DNA of 64,000 nucleotides, from positions 62,001 through 126,000 of IMG/VR virus record IMGVR_UViG_3300012931_000759. One strand, 5' to 3'. The notes beneath the pieces were generated by a model. It was not told where the DNA came from. It ran no database searches and saw only the letters and a program-made list of their open reading frames with translations. This document shows, one piece after another, positions 25,474 through 34,595 of the stretch; position 1 is the stretch's first letter; each line of letters opens with the position of its first letter. The translations under genes were made by a program, and so were the position numbers.

Positions 25474-26058
25474 GTGATTTTGGGTATTTTTCCATATGGA
25501 TCACAGGTCTATGGCACGACTGACGAAAACAGCGACACAGATTTGATTCAAGTGGTGGATAAGGCTCCTCGGTCGGAAACCCAGTTCCATCTGCCCGGAA
25601 TCGACATCACGGTCTGGACAGCCGATGAGTTTCAGCGGTTGCTGCAGGAACACGACCCGAGTGCTCTCGAATGTTGGTTTCTACCAAACGACAAGGTGAT
25701 CCGGACAGATGAATTCGAGTTCCAGTTTGATCTTGATCTGGGCAGACTCCGCCGGTCATTTTCAGCCAAGGCAAGCAATTCCTGGGTCAAGGCCAAGAAG
25801 AAAATGGAAATTCACGGCAAATTCCGCATTGGCATAAAGTCCCTTTTCCATTCGCTGCGCTTGCTGAGGTTCGGCATCCAGATCGCCAAGTTCGGTAAGC
25901 TCCTTCACTACAACGAGGAGAACTTGGTCTGGAAGACAATCGTGGAGCAGGGCTTCACCTCATGGCAGCCGTACAAGGACCACTGGCAGGAGTACTACAA
26001 CCGCCTACACAGCGAATTCAAGGCTGTCGCGCCCTTGGCAAAGGGAGAACAGGAATGA
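25474..26058 (+). CDS. Pol-beta-like nucleotidyltransferase
   Basis: GGAGG RBS with GTG; YGSQVYGT..SDTD; C-terminal KSLFHSLR helix. Confidence 0.8.
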   Translation: MILGIFPYGSQVYGTTDENSDTDLIQVVDKAPRSETQFHLPGIDITVWTADEFQRLLQEHDPSALECWFLPNDKVIRTDEFEFQFDLDLGRLRRSFSAKASNSWVKAKKKMEIHGKFRIGIKSLFHSLRLLRFGIQIAKFGKLLHYNEENLVWKTIVEQGFTSWQPYKDHWQEYYNRLHSEFKAVAPLAKGEQE

Positions 26059-26417
26059 GCGCGAACGGACAGACGAGTTGCCGAAAATGCGGCAGCGGAA
26101 GGATTGCGGGCATCGGCGCGAAATGCAGTGATCTCTGCTCCTATTCCCTTGTGAACAATGGGGAAAAGTGCGGCAACGGATACGTCCCAGGCGACATGGG
26201 CATTGGTGGCGGCGACTATGTGGAGTTCTCCTTCTGCCTCGATTGCGGGCAGATACAGGCGGAATTCCCGGTGCCGGAAACCGAGCTGGAGCGGTTTGTT
26301 CCCGTCGAAATACCCAGTTGCCCGGAATGCGGAAGCGATGAGGTTTTCGAATACGCGCGCGGCAAACAGCTTTGCCACCGCTGTGGCAGAGTCTCCAACG
26401 GGAAGGGACAATCATGA
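26055..26417 (+). CDS. Zn-ribbon hypothetical protein
   Basis: four CxxC pairs. Confidence 0.65.
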   Translation: MSANGQTSCRKCGSGRIAGIGAKCSDLCSYSLVNNGEKCGNGYVPGDMGIGGGDYVEFSFCLDCGQIQAEFPVPETELERFVPVEIPSCPECGSDEVFEYARGKQLCHRCGRVSNGKGQS

Positions 26418-26893
26418 GCACCAGAGGCTGTGTCGCGGTCGGCGTCCCGCTGAAATGGAAGGGCGTCTACAACCATTGCGACTCGTACCCAACCGGCTTG
26501 GGCAAGGAGGTCTGGGACATCGCCTCCGACGAGGCGAACCTGAATCTCCTCTGCGAGTCGATCCTGCTCGCCGGGCGCTGGGAGGCTTTCCTCGGGCAAA
26601 GGGACCCGGTGGAGGATCATGTCACCAGCGGGAGCCCCGACCCGCTTTTCATCGAGTGGGTGTACATCATCGATCCCGACCGGAACATGCTCCATGTCAT
26701 GAGGCACGAGGGCGTTGGCGGCCTTGACTTCTCCAGGAAGCGCCCCGTCAGGCCGGCCATGCTTCCCGGCAGGGTCGTCGACTACGGCCATTGCGCCTAC
26801 AAGCATGTGCTCGTGGCATCGCTTGACCTGGACGGCTCCGAGCTGGACTGGGCCAAGCTGGAGATGGACGGCCGGGAGGACAAGGAGGACTGA
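26414..26893 (+). CDS. conserved phage protein (MSTR..YxHxDxYP family)
   Basis: MSTRG..VYNHCDSYPTGLG..EWVYIID. Confidence 0.7.
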   Translation: MSTRGCVAVGVPLKWKGVYNHCDSYPTGLGKEVWDIASDEANLNLLCESILLAGRWEAFLGQRDPVEDHVTSGSPDPLFIEWVYIIDPDRNMLHVMRHEGVGGLDFSRKRPVRPAMLPGRVVDYGHCAYKHVLVASLDLDGSELDWAKLEMDGREDKED

Positions 26894-27232
26894 ATGGAGC
26901 GCGACACGGAGTATCTGGAGTGCAGCTGTACATCGGCCGAGCATCTCCTGCGGTTCACTTTCGACCACGGATGGAAGGGCGAGTGCCCCGAGATTTTCGT
27001 CGATGTCCAGCTCAACCATTTCCATGGCTTCTGGAAACGGCTATGGCAGGGCCTCAAGTACATTTTCGGCTACAAGTGCCGCTACGGGCATTGGGATGAG
27101 AGCCTCCTGCTGGGCGACCAGGTCAGGCAACTCCGAGCCATGTGCGACAAGCATCTGGCTATGTGGGACGAATGGGAAAAGGTCAATGGACCCTTGAGGA
27201 ACGCCAAGAAACCAACCTATCGGAAGACCTGA
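26894..27232 (+). CDS. hypothetical phage protein
   Basis: CSC.S.EH..FWKRLWQGLKYIFGYKCRYGHWD. Confidence 0.65.
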   Translation: MERDTEYLECSCTSAEHLLRFTFDHGWKGECPEIFVDVQLNHFHGFWKRLWQGLKYIFGYKCRYGHWDESLLLGDQVRQLRAMCDKHLAMWDEWEKVNGPLRNAKKPTYRKT

Positions 27233-27243
27233 AGGCGCCTAAA

Positions 27244-27362
27244 AGGCGATCGTTGTAGCCTCGGCCATCGGTGTCGCCAACGTGGCCATTGAAAGCATTA
27301 TGGATATGGTGGTAATCAGAAAGGCGGCTCCGTTGGCGCCGATGAGTATGTGATTGACGCCT
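27244..27362 (+). ncRNA. putative rod-shaped structured RNA
   Basis: CATCGG-tgt-CGCCAACG pairs with CGTTGGCG-CCGATG; closed by AGGCG/CGCCT; intergenic. Confidence 0.45.
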
Positions 27363-27399
27363 GGTAGATGCCGGGATAAGTTCGATGAGGAGTAAACGC

Positions 27400-28050
27400 A
27401 TGGGCAACAAGATAGCTACGGATATGGTGAAAGATCTTCGTGGCAGGACCGGCGCGGGCGTCATGGATTGCTATGCCGCCCTCGTAAGCTGCGGAGGTGA
27501 CCGTGTGGCCGCTGAGGAGCTAATCCGGAAGTGTCGAGGGGCTAATCCGGTCGAGTATCCAATCGACGGGAGTCCCAAGGCAGGAGCCCTCCATTCGTAC
27601 ATCCACATTGGTGACCGCATCGGTGTCCTCGTCGAGGTGGAGTGTGGGACGGACTTCGCGGCTAGGACCGTGGAGTTTAAGACCTTCGTCCATGATCTGG
27701 CGATACATATCGCTGCGCTGAAACCCTCGTTGGTCTCGCCGGAGAATGTCCCGTGGGAGGGTCAGGACAAAGCGCGCTATCTGCTCCTACAGTCGTTCGT
27801 CAAGGACGCTAGTCGCACCGTCGGGGACCTCCTGGCCGAGCTGTCGGACAGGATCGGAGAGCCGGTTGTCATCAAGCGTTTCGTGCGCTGGGAGGTCGGT
27901 GAGGATGTCCAGGCCGAGTCTCAGCCGCAGCTAGAGAAGGTCAGGCTGGCCGACTTCGTGATCGACAACTCCGGCACACCAGAGGAGACCAGGACGCAGG
28001 TCGCCAAGGTCTGGGAGAAACTCGATGCTGAAATGGAAAAGAGTCAGTAG
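27400..28050 (+). CDS. tsf: elongation factor Ts-like protein with a CoaE-like C-terminal tail
   Basis: VKDLRGRTGAGVMDC, SYIH..RIGVLVEV.CGTDF, DLAIHIAA, IGE.VVIKRFVRWEVGE; tail EKVRLADFVIDNSG. Confidence 0.88.
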   Translation: MGNKIATDMVKDLRGRTGAGVMDCYAALVSCGGDRVAAEELIRKCRGANPVEYPIDGSPKAGALHSYIHIGDRIGVLVEVECGTDFAARTVEFKTFVHDLAIHIAALKPSLVSPENVPWEGQDKARYLLLQSFVKDASRTVGDLLAELSDRIGEPVVIKRFVRWEVGEDVQAESQPQLEKVRLADFVIDNSGTPEETRTQVAKVWEKLDAEMEKSQ

Positions 28051-28280
28051 GGAAGTCGACGAGGTCGAGGACGCGGTCTGTAACAGGTGCGGAGGCACAT
28101 GTTTGTCCAAGTGCGGCGACCAGTATGGCTTGTCAGCAGCGGCGGATACGACTCCACACACTTGTCCGACATGGTGATCTACCGTTTCGACCTGTGCGAA
28201 AAGTGCCTCTCGGAACTGTTTACTGAGTTCAAGATCCCGCCAGTCAAGGAGGGTCTATACTTGCTCGCCGAGGAAGACAA

Positions 28281-28511
28281 ATGAATGAGATTACCATCAC
28301 CGTGTGCGGAATCTCCGGCAGCGGCAAGACGACGCTGGCCCACCTGGTCCACACGATGCTCCGCGAGCACGGTTTCGAGAGCGAGCTGGAGGATATCGAC
28401 CAGCCAATCAGCCCCGAGCGGCTCCTATTGTGTCTTGAGGCCTTGCCGCAACGCACGCGCGTAAAGGTGGTTGCGCGCATGGCGTCCAGGGCATCAAAGC
28501 GTGACAAGTGA
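28281..28511 (+). CDS. short P-loop protein (possibly a fragment)
   Basis: GISGSGKTT Walker A in 76 aa. Confidence 0.55.
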   Translation: MNEITITVCGISGSGKTTLAHLVHTMLREHGFESELEDIDQPISPERLLLCLEALPQRTRVKVVARMASRASKRDK

Positions 28512-29578
28512 CAGTCGCCCTGAAGCGCGGCCAGATCGGCAAGGTGAGGGGTGATCGCCTCCTTGACGTGACGGTGAAGTCTGCCACCGGTTGGGCAGCG
28601 GCGTTCGCGCCGACATGGGAGATGGTGTCCGGACACAAGGACGGTACAATGGGGGATGCCGAATACAGGGAACGTTACGAGGCTATCCTCGACGCGTCCG
28701 GCGATGCGTTTGACAGGCTCCGGCAGCTCGGGGCTGAGGGCCCCGTCAAGCTCCTGTGCTACTGCCCCGATGGGCGCTTTTGTCACACGCACCTCATGAT
28801 CGATTACGCGATCAAGAAGCATCCGCAGTGGTTTTCGGATGGCAGGGTGCGCCAGACAACATCCAAGAAGAGGATTGGAGGACGGATGAAATACCTGCTT
28901 GCTGTCGATCTGGAGACGACTGGGTTGAAGCCCGGTTATCATGAGATTACCCAAATTGCGGGCATTATGCTGAACAAGAGTTTGGATGAACTAGGATCAT
29001 TCGAGACTTTTGTCCGAATTGATTGTCCTGAACGTGGATTAGAGAATGATTTCAATGTGTTCGAGTACACCGGTATCAAGGTTGAGGATCTCAAGAAGGC
29101 CCCGCTGCTGCGTGATGCCCTGCGGTCGCTCGAGACTTTCGTGCGGTCGAAGATCGGCAGCACCGACCTGAGACAGGTTATAGTGTTCGGCCAGAATCCG
29201 GCGTTTGACAAGGGGTTCTTGGAGGAAGGATTTGAGCGCCAGGGGTGGAAGTTTCCATTCGACTTCCATGTGCTTGCCTTGGAGAGTATGTTCATCCACC
29301 ACCACCTGCTCAGGACGGGCGAGCTGCCAGCCGACATCGGGCTGAAGGACATCTGTAAGGTTGCCGGCGTCGAGAACAGGCAGAAGCACAACGCGATGTC
29401 GGACATCAGGGCAACCGTGGACTCGCTCCACAAGCTGTGCCCAGCAAAGCAGCCGAAAGCGGCCAAGCTGGCGGCCGGACTGACAGACGATCTTCGCGAC
29501 GCCCTCGATTTCGATGCGGGTGAACCGCCAGCCAAGCCGGTTCCAAGGAGGCGCAATGTCAGAGGCAAACAAGGTTGA
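28508..29578 (+). CDS. DUF488/DUF4326-like domain fused in frame to a DEDDh 3'-5' exonuclease
   Basis: FAPTWEMV..LLCYC..CH; internal RBS and ATG at 28886; VDLETTGL, GQNPAFD, HNAMSD. Confidence 0.85.
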   Translation: MTVALKRGQIGKVRGDRLLDVTVKSATGWAAAFAPTWEMVSGHKDGTMGDAEYRERYEAILDASGDAFDRLRQLGAEGPVKLLCYCPDGRFCHTHLMIDYAIKKHPQWFSDGRVRQTTSKKRIGGRMKYLLAVDLETTGLKPGYHEITQIAGIMLNKSLDELGSFETFVRIDCPERGLENDFNVFEYTGIKVEDLKKAPLLRDALRSLETFVRSKIGSTDLRQVIVFGQNPAFDKGFLEEGFERQGWKFPFDFHVLALESMFIHHHLLRTGELPADIGLKDICKVAGVENRQKHNAMSDIRATVDSLHKLCPAKQPKAAKLAAGLTDDLRDALDFDAGEPPAKPVPRRRNVRGKQG

Positions 29579-29777
29579 AGGATGGGTTGCTCCTATTGGC
29601 AAGGAGGCCCAGGCCTCCGTGTCCGAAGCTGCCGCAAGGCTAGATGAGGTGGCCACGCTGTTGGCCAAATGGGGTCGGCAGCCAGAGATGCTGAACGAGG
29701 TTCAGATTCTAAAGGGTAGGCTTGATAGGCTTCTGGCTACGATGAGGGACTATAGGCAGGAGGACAATGATGGCTGA
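29556..29777 (+). CDS. hypothetical protein
   Basis: AAGGAGG RBS. Confidence 0.55.
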   Translation: MSEANKVEGWVAPIGKEAQASVSEAAARLDEVATLLAKWGRQPEMLNEVQILKGRLDRLLATMRDYRQEDNDG

Positions 29778-30381
29778 CAACTCTTATTGCGCACGGTGCC
29801 AGCTCGCGATCCGCGACAATCAACCGTGTATCGAGTTTTTTCGGGGTAAGGAGCGCGTCAGGGTGCTTTGCGGACCGTGTGATGTGGACGAACTCCTCGA
29901 GAAGTACGACCGATCCGGGCGCATTTGTAACAGACTTGCCACCGAGGTTCAGTGGGCAAATATCTGCGGGACGGGGCTTCGTCCAGATTTTGCCCCAATC
30001 CAGCGCGACCTGGAGCGCGTGTATGCGGCGGTCATGGATTTCTCGCCTCTTTGGCCGCAGGTGGTTGCTGCCTCCGATGCCGAACCGAAACTGCGCGGCC
30101 TGTCGCTTGAACTGGAGCCTGGAACAAAGGTGATGACTTGGACCATGTGCGGACGCATCATGCTAACGATCAATTCGCCGGGGCATTCCATCACGGTGAT
30201 GGGAAATGATCATCTCAGCAACAGCGAACTTGAGCTTAGCCACAACGGCTGTGGTTTTCGCGGCATCGATGCCACAGCGGACGAGGCTGTTCGACTGCTT
30301 GGGCTCACCGTCAAAGCTGGTCTGGAAGAACACCTCAAGGATCTCAAGGCCGACAAGGGCGTTAGCTACTGCGGTCTATGA
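29767..30381 (+). CDS. hypothetical protein
   Basis: GGAGG RBS; N-terminal CxxC pairs. Confidence 0.6.
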   Translation: MMADNSYCARCQLAIRDNQPCIEFFRGKERVRVLCGPCDVDELLEKYDRSGRICNRLATEVQWANICGTGLRPDFAPIQRDLERVYAAVMDFSPLWPQVVAASDAEPKLRGLSLELEPGTKVMTWTMCGRIMLTINSPGHSITVMGNDHLSNSELELSHNGCGFRGIDATADEAVRLLGLTVKAGLEEHLKDLKADKGVSYCGL

Positions 30382-30397
30382 CATTTGGAGGAAACGC

Positions 30398-30610
30398 ATG
30401 ATCTTTGAGGTCGAAGTGTACATGATTGTCGGAAACGGCAACTGTGAGACGATCGTCGTGGACATGGAAGGCAAGGATGAGGTTGACATCAAGGCGCGGA
30501 TACTTGCGGAATTGAACTCCAAGGAAAACTATGTCGCGATAGGGACTGGCGTGTTCCAGAGGGAAAATGTGCGCGGAACCTGCGTCAACCGGGAGAAAGG
30601 GGGAAAATGA
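30398..30610 (+). CDS. hypothetical protein
   Basis: GGAGG RBS. Confidence 0.55.
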   Translation: MIFEVEVYMIVGNGNCETIVVDMEGKDEVDIKARILAELNSKENYVAIGTGVFQRENVRGTCVNREKGGK

Positions 30611-30803
30611 TGTCTTACTACGACCAGCAGGCCAAGGCGGAGCAGCTGGAGGCCATGCGCGAGAGAGTCAAGAAGGAAATCGACGCCATGGCGCAATGCA
30701 GCGCATGCGTCGACACTGCGGTGGCAAAGGCGAAGGCGTCCCTCGAGGTGTTGAGGACGACCCTCGCAAAGGTGAGGGCCCCGGCCTTTTCATGGTAATC
30801 CGG

Positions 30804-31754
30804 ATGGTAAAACGGACTGATTTTACGGTGTTCGAAATCTGCGCAGGCGCCGGGGGGCAGGCAATCGGTCTGGAGCAAGCTGGTTTTCTACACATGGGCG
30901 CGCTGGATAATGATCCGAACGCCTGTGCCACATTGCGCGCCAATCGCGAAAAAGAATGGCCGGTACTTGAGACCGACGTGCGGCTTTTTGACGGTAAGCC
31001 GCTTTGTGGCACAATTGATCTTTTGGCTGGCGGTGTACCATGTCCTCCTTTCTCGGTTGCTGGACGTCAGTTGGGACGTGACGACGAACGGGATCTGTTT
31101 CCGCAAGCGCTTCGTTTGGTGGAGGAGATCAAACCAAAAGCCGTCATGTTGGAGAATGTACGCGGCTTCAAGAGCGCCAAGTTTGACAGCTATCGGACTG
31201 AATTGTGGGTTCAACTCCACGCTCTCGGATATAATGTGGTGGCGGACATTTTCGATGCGGCTGAGTTCGGTGTGCCGCAATATCGAAAACGTTTTGTACT
31301 GGTGGCGTTGCGACCGCAATACGCCTGCCATTTCGAATGGCCGAAACCATGCGGAACGTTTAGAACCGTCGGGGAAACGCTTGGTGCCGAAATGCAATCA
31401 CGTGGTTGGAGGGGCGCCGATCCGTGGCGCGTGCGGGCCAGTCGTCCTGGGCCTACCATCGTCGGCGGATCCAAGAAACATGGAGGAGCAGATCTCGGAC
31501 CAACACGCGCGAAAGAAGCATGGGCCAAACTTGGTATTGATGGAATGGCCATTGCGCTACAACCGCCGGATGACATGTTTCCTATGGATGGCTTGCCGCA
31601 GCTCACGAACGGCATGGTGGCAATTATTCAGGGATTTCCCCGTGCTTGGCGATTTTCCGGAAAGAAAACCGCTGTCTACAGGCAGATCGGAAATGCTTTC
31701 CCACCTCCGATGGCCAAGGCAATCGGTCTTTCGATCATCAAGGCGCTCAGGTAG
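30804..31754 (+). CDS. DNA cytosine-C5 methyltransferase, M.NaeI-like
   Basis: ICAGAGG, GGVPCPPFS, ENV, QYRKR, TRD segment GGSKKHGGADLGPTRA, QIGNA. Confidence 0.92.
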   Translation: MVKRTDFTVFEICAGAGGQAIGLEQAGFLHMGALDNDPNACATLRANREKEWPVLETDVRLFDGKPLCGTIDLLAGGVPCPPFSVAGRQLGRDDERDLFPQALRLVEEIKPKAVMLENVRGFKSAKFDSYRTELWVQLHALGYNVVADIFDAAEFGVPQYRKRFVLVALRPQYACHFEWPKPCGTFRTVGETLGAEMQSRGWRGADPWRVRASRPGPTIVGGSKKHGGADLGPTRAKEAWAKLGIDGMAIALQPPDDMFPMDGLPQLTNGMVAIIQGFPRAWRFSGKKTAVYRQIGNAFPPPMAKAIGLSIIKALR

Positions 31755-31759
31755 GGTCA

Positions 31760-32734
31760 ATGATATCAACATTCGATGCTGAACTGGACGAATTATATAC
31801 CGCCATCACACGGTGGCCCAAGATGAGAAAACGTTTCGGCCAAGCTATCCGGAGAGGAATGTGTGTCGTGATCGGACTAGAGCGCACACTCGCCGAACTG
31901 TGCCCGCCTGAAAAGACCTCCATAGGTATTCAAGTGGAGCTTGCCATCAAGAAGGAATTTAGTCTGGAAGAAGGGCTAGTGCTAGATTGCCTCATTTGTG
32001 CGCACGAGGTAGACATCAAGTTCAGTATTAGTGGCAAGTGGATGGTGCCACAAGAGGCGATTGGCAAACCCTGCTTGGGTGTGTGGGCACCTGATGTCGA
32101 TGCGCCATTCCATCTTGGTCTGTTCAGGGCTGATCCCCAGCATCTTGGTGCGGTGAATCGCGACAAAAAGCGGGGAGTGCTCAAAAGTATGCCGATACGC
32201 TGGCTGATTGAGAATGGCGCACTCATCGAAGACAAAAATGCTTGGCTTAATAAAATTATTACCCCTCGTGTCGGGGCTGTTGCGGTCGTGGAATCGCCTG
32301 ACAGGCGGCAACTCCTACTCATCAGGCGCAAGTTTCCACCCTTGGGCTTGGCATTTCCCGGAGGTTTTGTGAAGGTCGGCGAGACGGTGGCCCAGGCCGC
32401 CGCACGCGAGGCGTTGGAGGAGACCGGAGTAGCTGCTGAAGAGGTCGGTCTGCTTGCAGTCAGGTCGGATCCACGCATGGATGCGCGGGCACATTTTGTA
32501 GTGATAGCGTCCGTCTTCAAGGCTGTCGACGACCGCCAACCGGTGGCTGGGGACGACGCCAGTGAGGCATTCTGGATCAAATGGGAGACTTTGGAGGCCA
32601 TGCTTCGGAACGGATTCCCAGCTGGACAGGAGATGATCGAGCAATCCCGTGTAGAACTGTGTGAATATATCCGGTGGCGGCGCATTGGGAATGGTCGGCA
32701 TGGTGTCCTGTGGACACTGCCGAAACTGGCGTAG
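31760..32734 (+). CDS. NaeI-like restriction endonuclease domain fused to a NUDIX hydrolase
   Basis: EKTSIG..VE, LD..I..HEVDIKFS..WMVPQEA, NRDKKR, IRWL; then FPGGFVKVGETVAQAAAREALEETG..AGDDA. Confidence 0.8.
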   Translation: MISTFDAELDELYTAITRWPKMRKRFGQAIRRGMCVVIGLERTLAELCPPEKTSIGIQVELAIKKEFSLEEGLVLDCLICAHEVDIKFSISGKWMVPQEAIGKPCLGVWAPDVDAPFHLGLFRADPQHLGAVNRDKKRGVLKSMPIRWLIENGALIEDKNAWLNKIITPRVGAVAVVESPDRRQLLLIRRKFPPLGLAFPGGFVKVGETVAQAAAREALEETGVAAEEVGLLAVRSDPRMDARAHFVVIASVFKAVDDRQPVAGDDASEAFWIKWETLEAMLRNGFPAGQEMIEQSRVELCEYIRWRRIGNGRHGVLWTLPKLA

Positions 32735-32740
32735 ATATCA

Positions 32741-33439
32741 ATGGAAACAACAGCTCTAATAGAAATTCGCGCAGCCGAAGGCGGAATGGACTCTAAGCTT
32801 CTCGTTGGGGAACTATTTCAGATCTATTGCCGGTGGTGTCAGCGTAAAGGATTTGAAATCGAAATTCTGGATTCAGCGCCAGTCAGTAACGGATTCTCCA
32901 GATTGGGGTTTTTAGCCAAAGGAGAAAACGCATATGAGATGTTCTTGTTTGAAGCCGGGGGACACCGAGTACAGAGAGTCCCTCCAACCGAGAAGCGGGG
33001 GCGCAGACAAACGTCAACTGTGACGGTTGCCGTCCTGCCGATGGTTGGCGAGGAGGAACTTGCGATTCTCGAGAGCGATCTGGACTGGGAGACCACAAAG
33101 GGTAGCGGGGCAGGTGGACAGAACAGGCAGAAGAACGAGACGGCTGTGCGCGTGCGCCATATTCCGACCGGAACCGTAGCATATTGTTGTGATGAGAGGT
33201 CGCAACATAGGAACAAGGCAAAAGCGCTCGAAGTGTTGCGTGCGCGGCTATATGCCAAGATGATGCGAGAATCGCAAGATATCGAAAACGCCGCAAGGAA
33301 GACGCAGGTGGGTTCCGGGCAGCGCGGTGACAAAGTGCGGACCTACCGGTTCCAGGATGACCGGGTGGTAGATCACAGGATCGGAAAGAAGATCAGGCTG
33401 GCCGATGTTCTTGATGGGGATTTGGACGCTCTGCGTTAA
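32741..33439 (+). CDS. peptide chain release factor 1-like protein lacking the N-terminal domain
   Basis: EIRAAEGG, EAGGHRVQRVPPTE (PxT), GAGGQ, ERSQHRNK, KVRTY..DHR. Confidence 0.9.
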   Translation: METTALIEIRAAEGGMDSKLLVGELFQIYCRWCQRKGFEIEILDSAPVSNGFSRLGFLAKGENAYEMFLFEAGGHRVQRVPPTEKRGRRQTSTVTVAVLPMVGEEELAILESDLDWETTKGSGAGGQNRQKNETAVRVRHIPTGTVAYCCDERSQHRNKAKALEVLRARLYAKMMRESQDIENAARKTQVGSGQRGDKVRTYRFQDDRVVDHRIGKKIRLADVLDGDLDALR

Positions 33440-34515
33440 CTTAGGGCTAGAATCCTGGCAAGGCGCATGTCGGAGGAGGTTTTCTTTTCCATTTCTGCCG
33501 TCTCGCGTTCGGCGACCAGTTTCTGTAGACGTTCCATGTCCGATTCGAGGGCTTGCTTTCTTTCGGCAATAAGGGCTCGGATAGCGATAAGTTCCTTGTC
33601 CTTTTCGCGCAGTTTCTGCATGGCTGGCCATTTCACTGGGGGCTGGTTTAGCATTTCAATGGCGCGCATGAGGCGTTGTTCGGTCTCCTCAAGGCGCTCA
33701 AGCTCCTTCCTGAGTCGCCAAGGCCCCTGTAGAACCTCGACGTCCTCGGCTCGCCAAGCTATCTGCTCCGGCCTGTCTCCGAATGCCTTGACCGGTTTGA
33801 TGCCTGCGGACGCGGCGAAGTCCATGAAATTCTTGACGCCAGCTGTGCCGAGGGCTACCGACGCCTCGAGTGAACTGAGTATTTTACCTGGCTCGGCCTC
33901 GGTGAGACTCCGTGCCGCGTGCTCGGCCGTGAATTCATGGAACAGTTTGAGCACATCTTTCGCATCCCAGGCCGCGAAGAGGTTTTCCCAGTCGGCCGAC
34001 ATCAAAGGTTTTACGCCGTGGTCGATGGCGAAGGTGACAAACTCCCTCTTGCTGATCGGCTTCGTGCCGCCGAATTCGGTGAAGAACAAAGTTGCGGCTT
34101 TCGTGCTGTGGACCTTGCGCCCGGCCTCCTGCATGCGATCCATGAAAAATTGGAGGCGATTCTCGAAGCTTGGGCGGGCCACAATTAGCTGCTCGGGCAA
34201 TGGGAACGGTGCTTTCTCCAGGAACTCCAGATCCTTGGGTGTGATGGGCCGCTCAAGTAGTTTCTGGTTGTGCTCGAGAAAATCCTGCTCGTTCTTGGGG
34301 ATTTCCTCCCCGGATTTCTGACGTTTGGAGATTTCGTGCGCCTTTACGATTCGTTCGATGAACCGCGCCTTTCTGGCACAATATCGGCACTGGACATCGT
34401 ATCTTGAGCTGGCGCCCTGGCAGATCGGACATACTTTGAGAAGGATGTTGGATTCCCCTTGCGGCTTCTGGACGGGCTTAGGGCTGCCTACGGGTTTCCC
34501 GGGCCATTCTGGCAT
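33436..34515 (-). CDS. hypothetical protein (Zn ribbon, C-terminal coiled coil)
   Basis: GGAGG RBS on the - strand; CPIC..CRYC. Confidence 0.7.
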   Translation of the reverse strand: MPEWPGKPVGSPKPVQKPQGESNILLKVCPICQGASSRYDVQCRYCARKARFIERIVKAHEISKRQKSGEEIPKNEQDFLEHNQKLLERPITPKDLEFLEKAPFPLPEQLIVARPSFENRLQFFMDRMQEAGRKVHSTKAATLFFTEFGGTKPISKREFVTFAIDHGVKPLMSADWENLFAAWDAKDVLKLFHEFTAEHAARSLTEAEPGKILSSLEASVALGTAGVKNFMDFAASAGIKPVKAFGDRPEQIAWRAEDVEVLQGPWRLRKELERLEETEQRLMRAIEMLNQPPVKWPAMQKLREKDKELIAIRALIAERKQALESDMERLQKLVAERETAEMEKKTSSDMRLARILALS

Positions 34516-34595
34516 ATTTTTCCTCCACGGTTGGCAATACTGTCATATTTATTCTGGATTATTGATAGACTGATACAAGCAAGGAGGCTTGAAAC

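Noticed and set aside
33467-34321. 284-aa + strand ORF
   Set aside because: Antisense shadow of 33436-34515(-), which has a GGAGG RBS and protein-like composition; the + translation is Ser/Arg-rich
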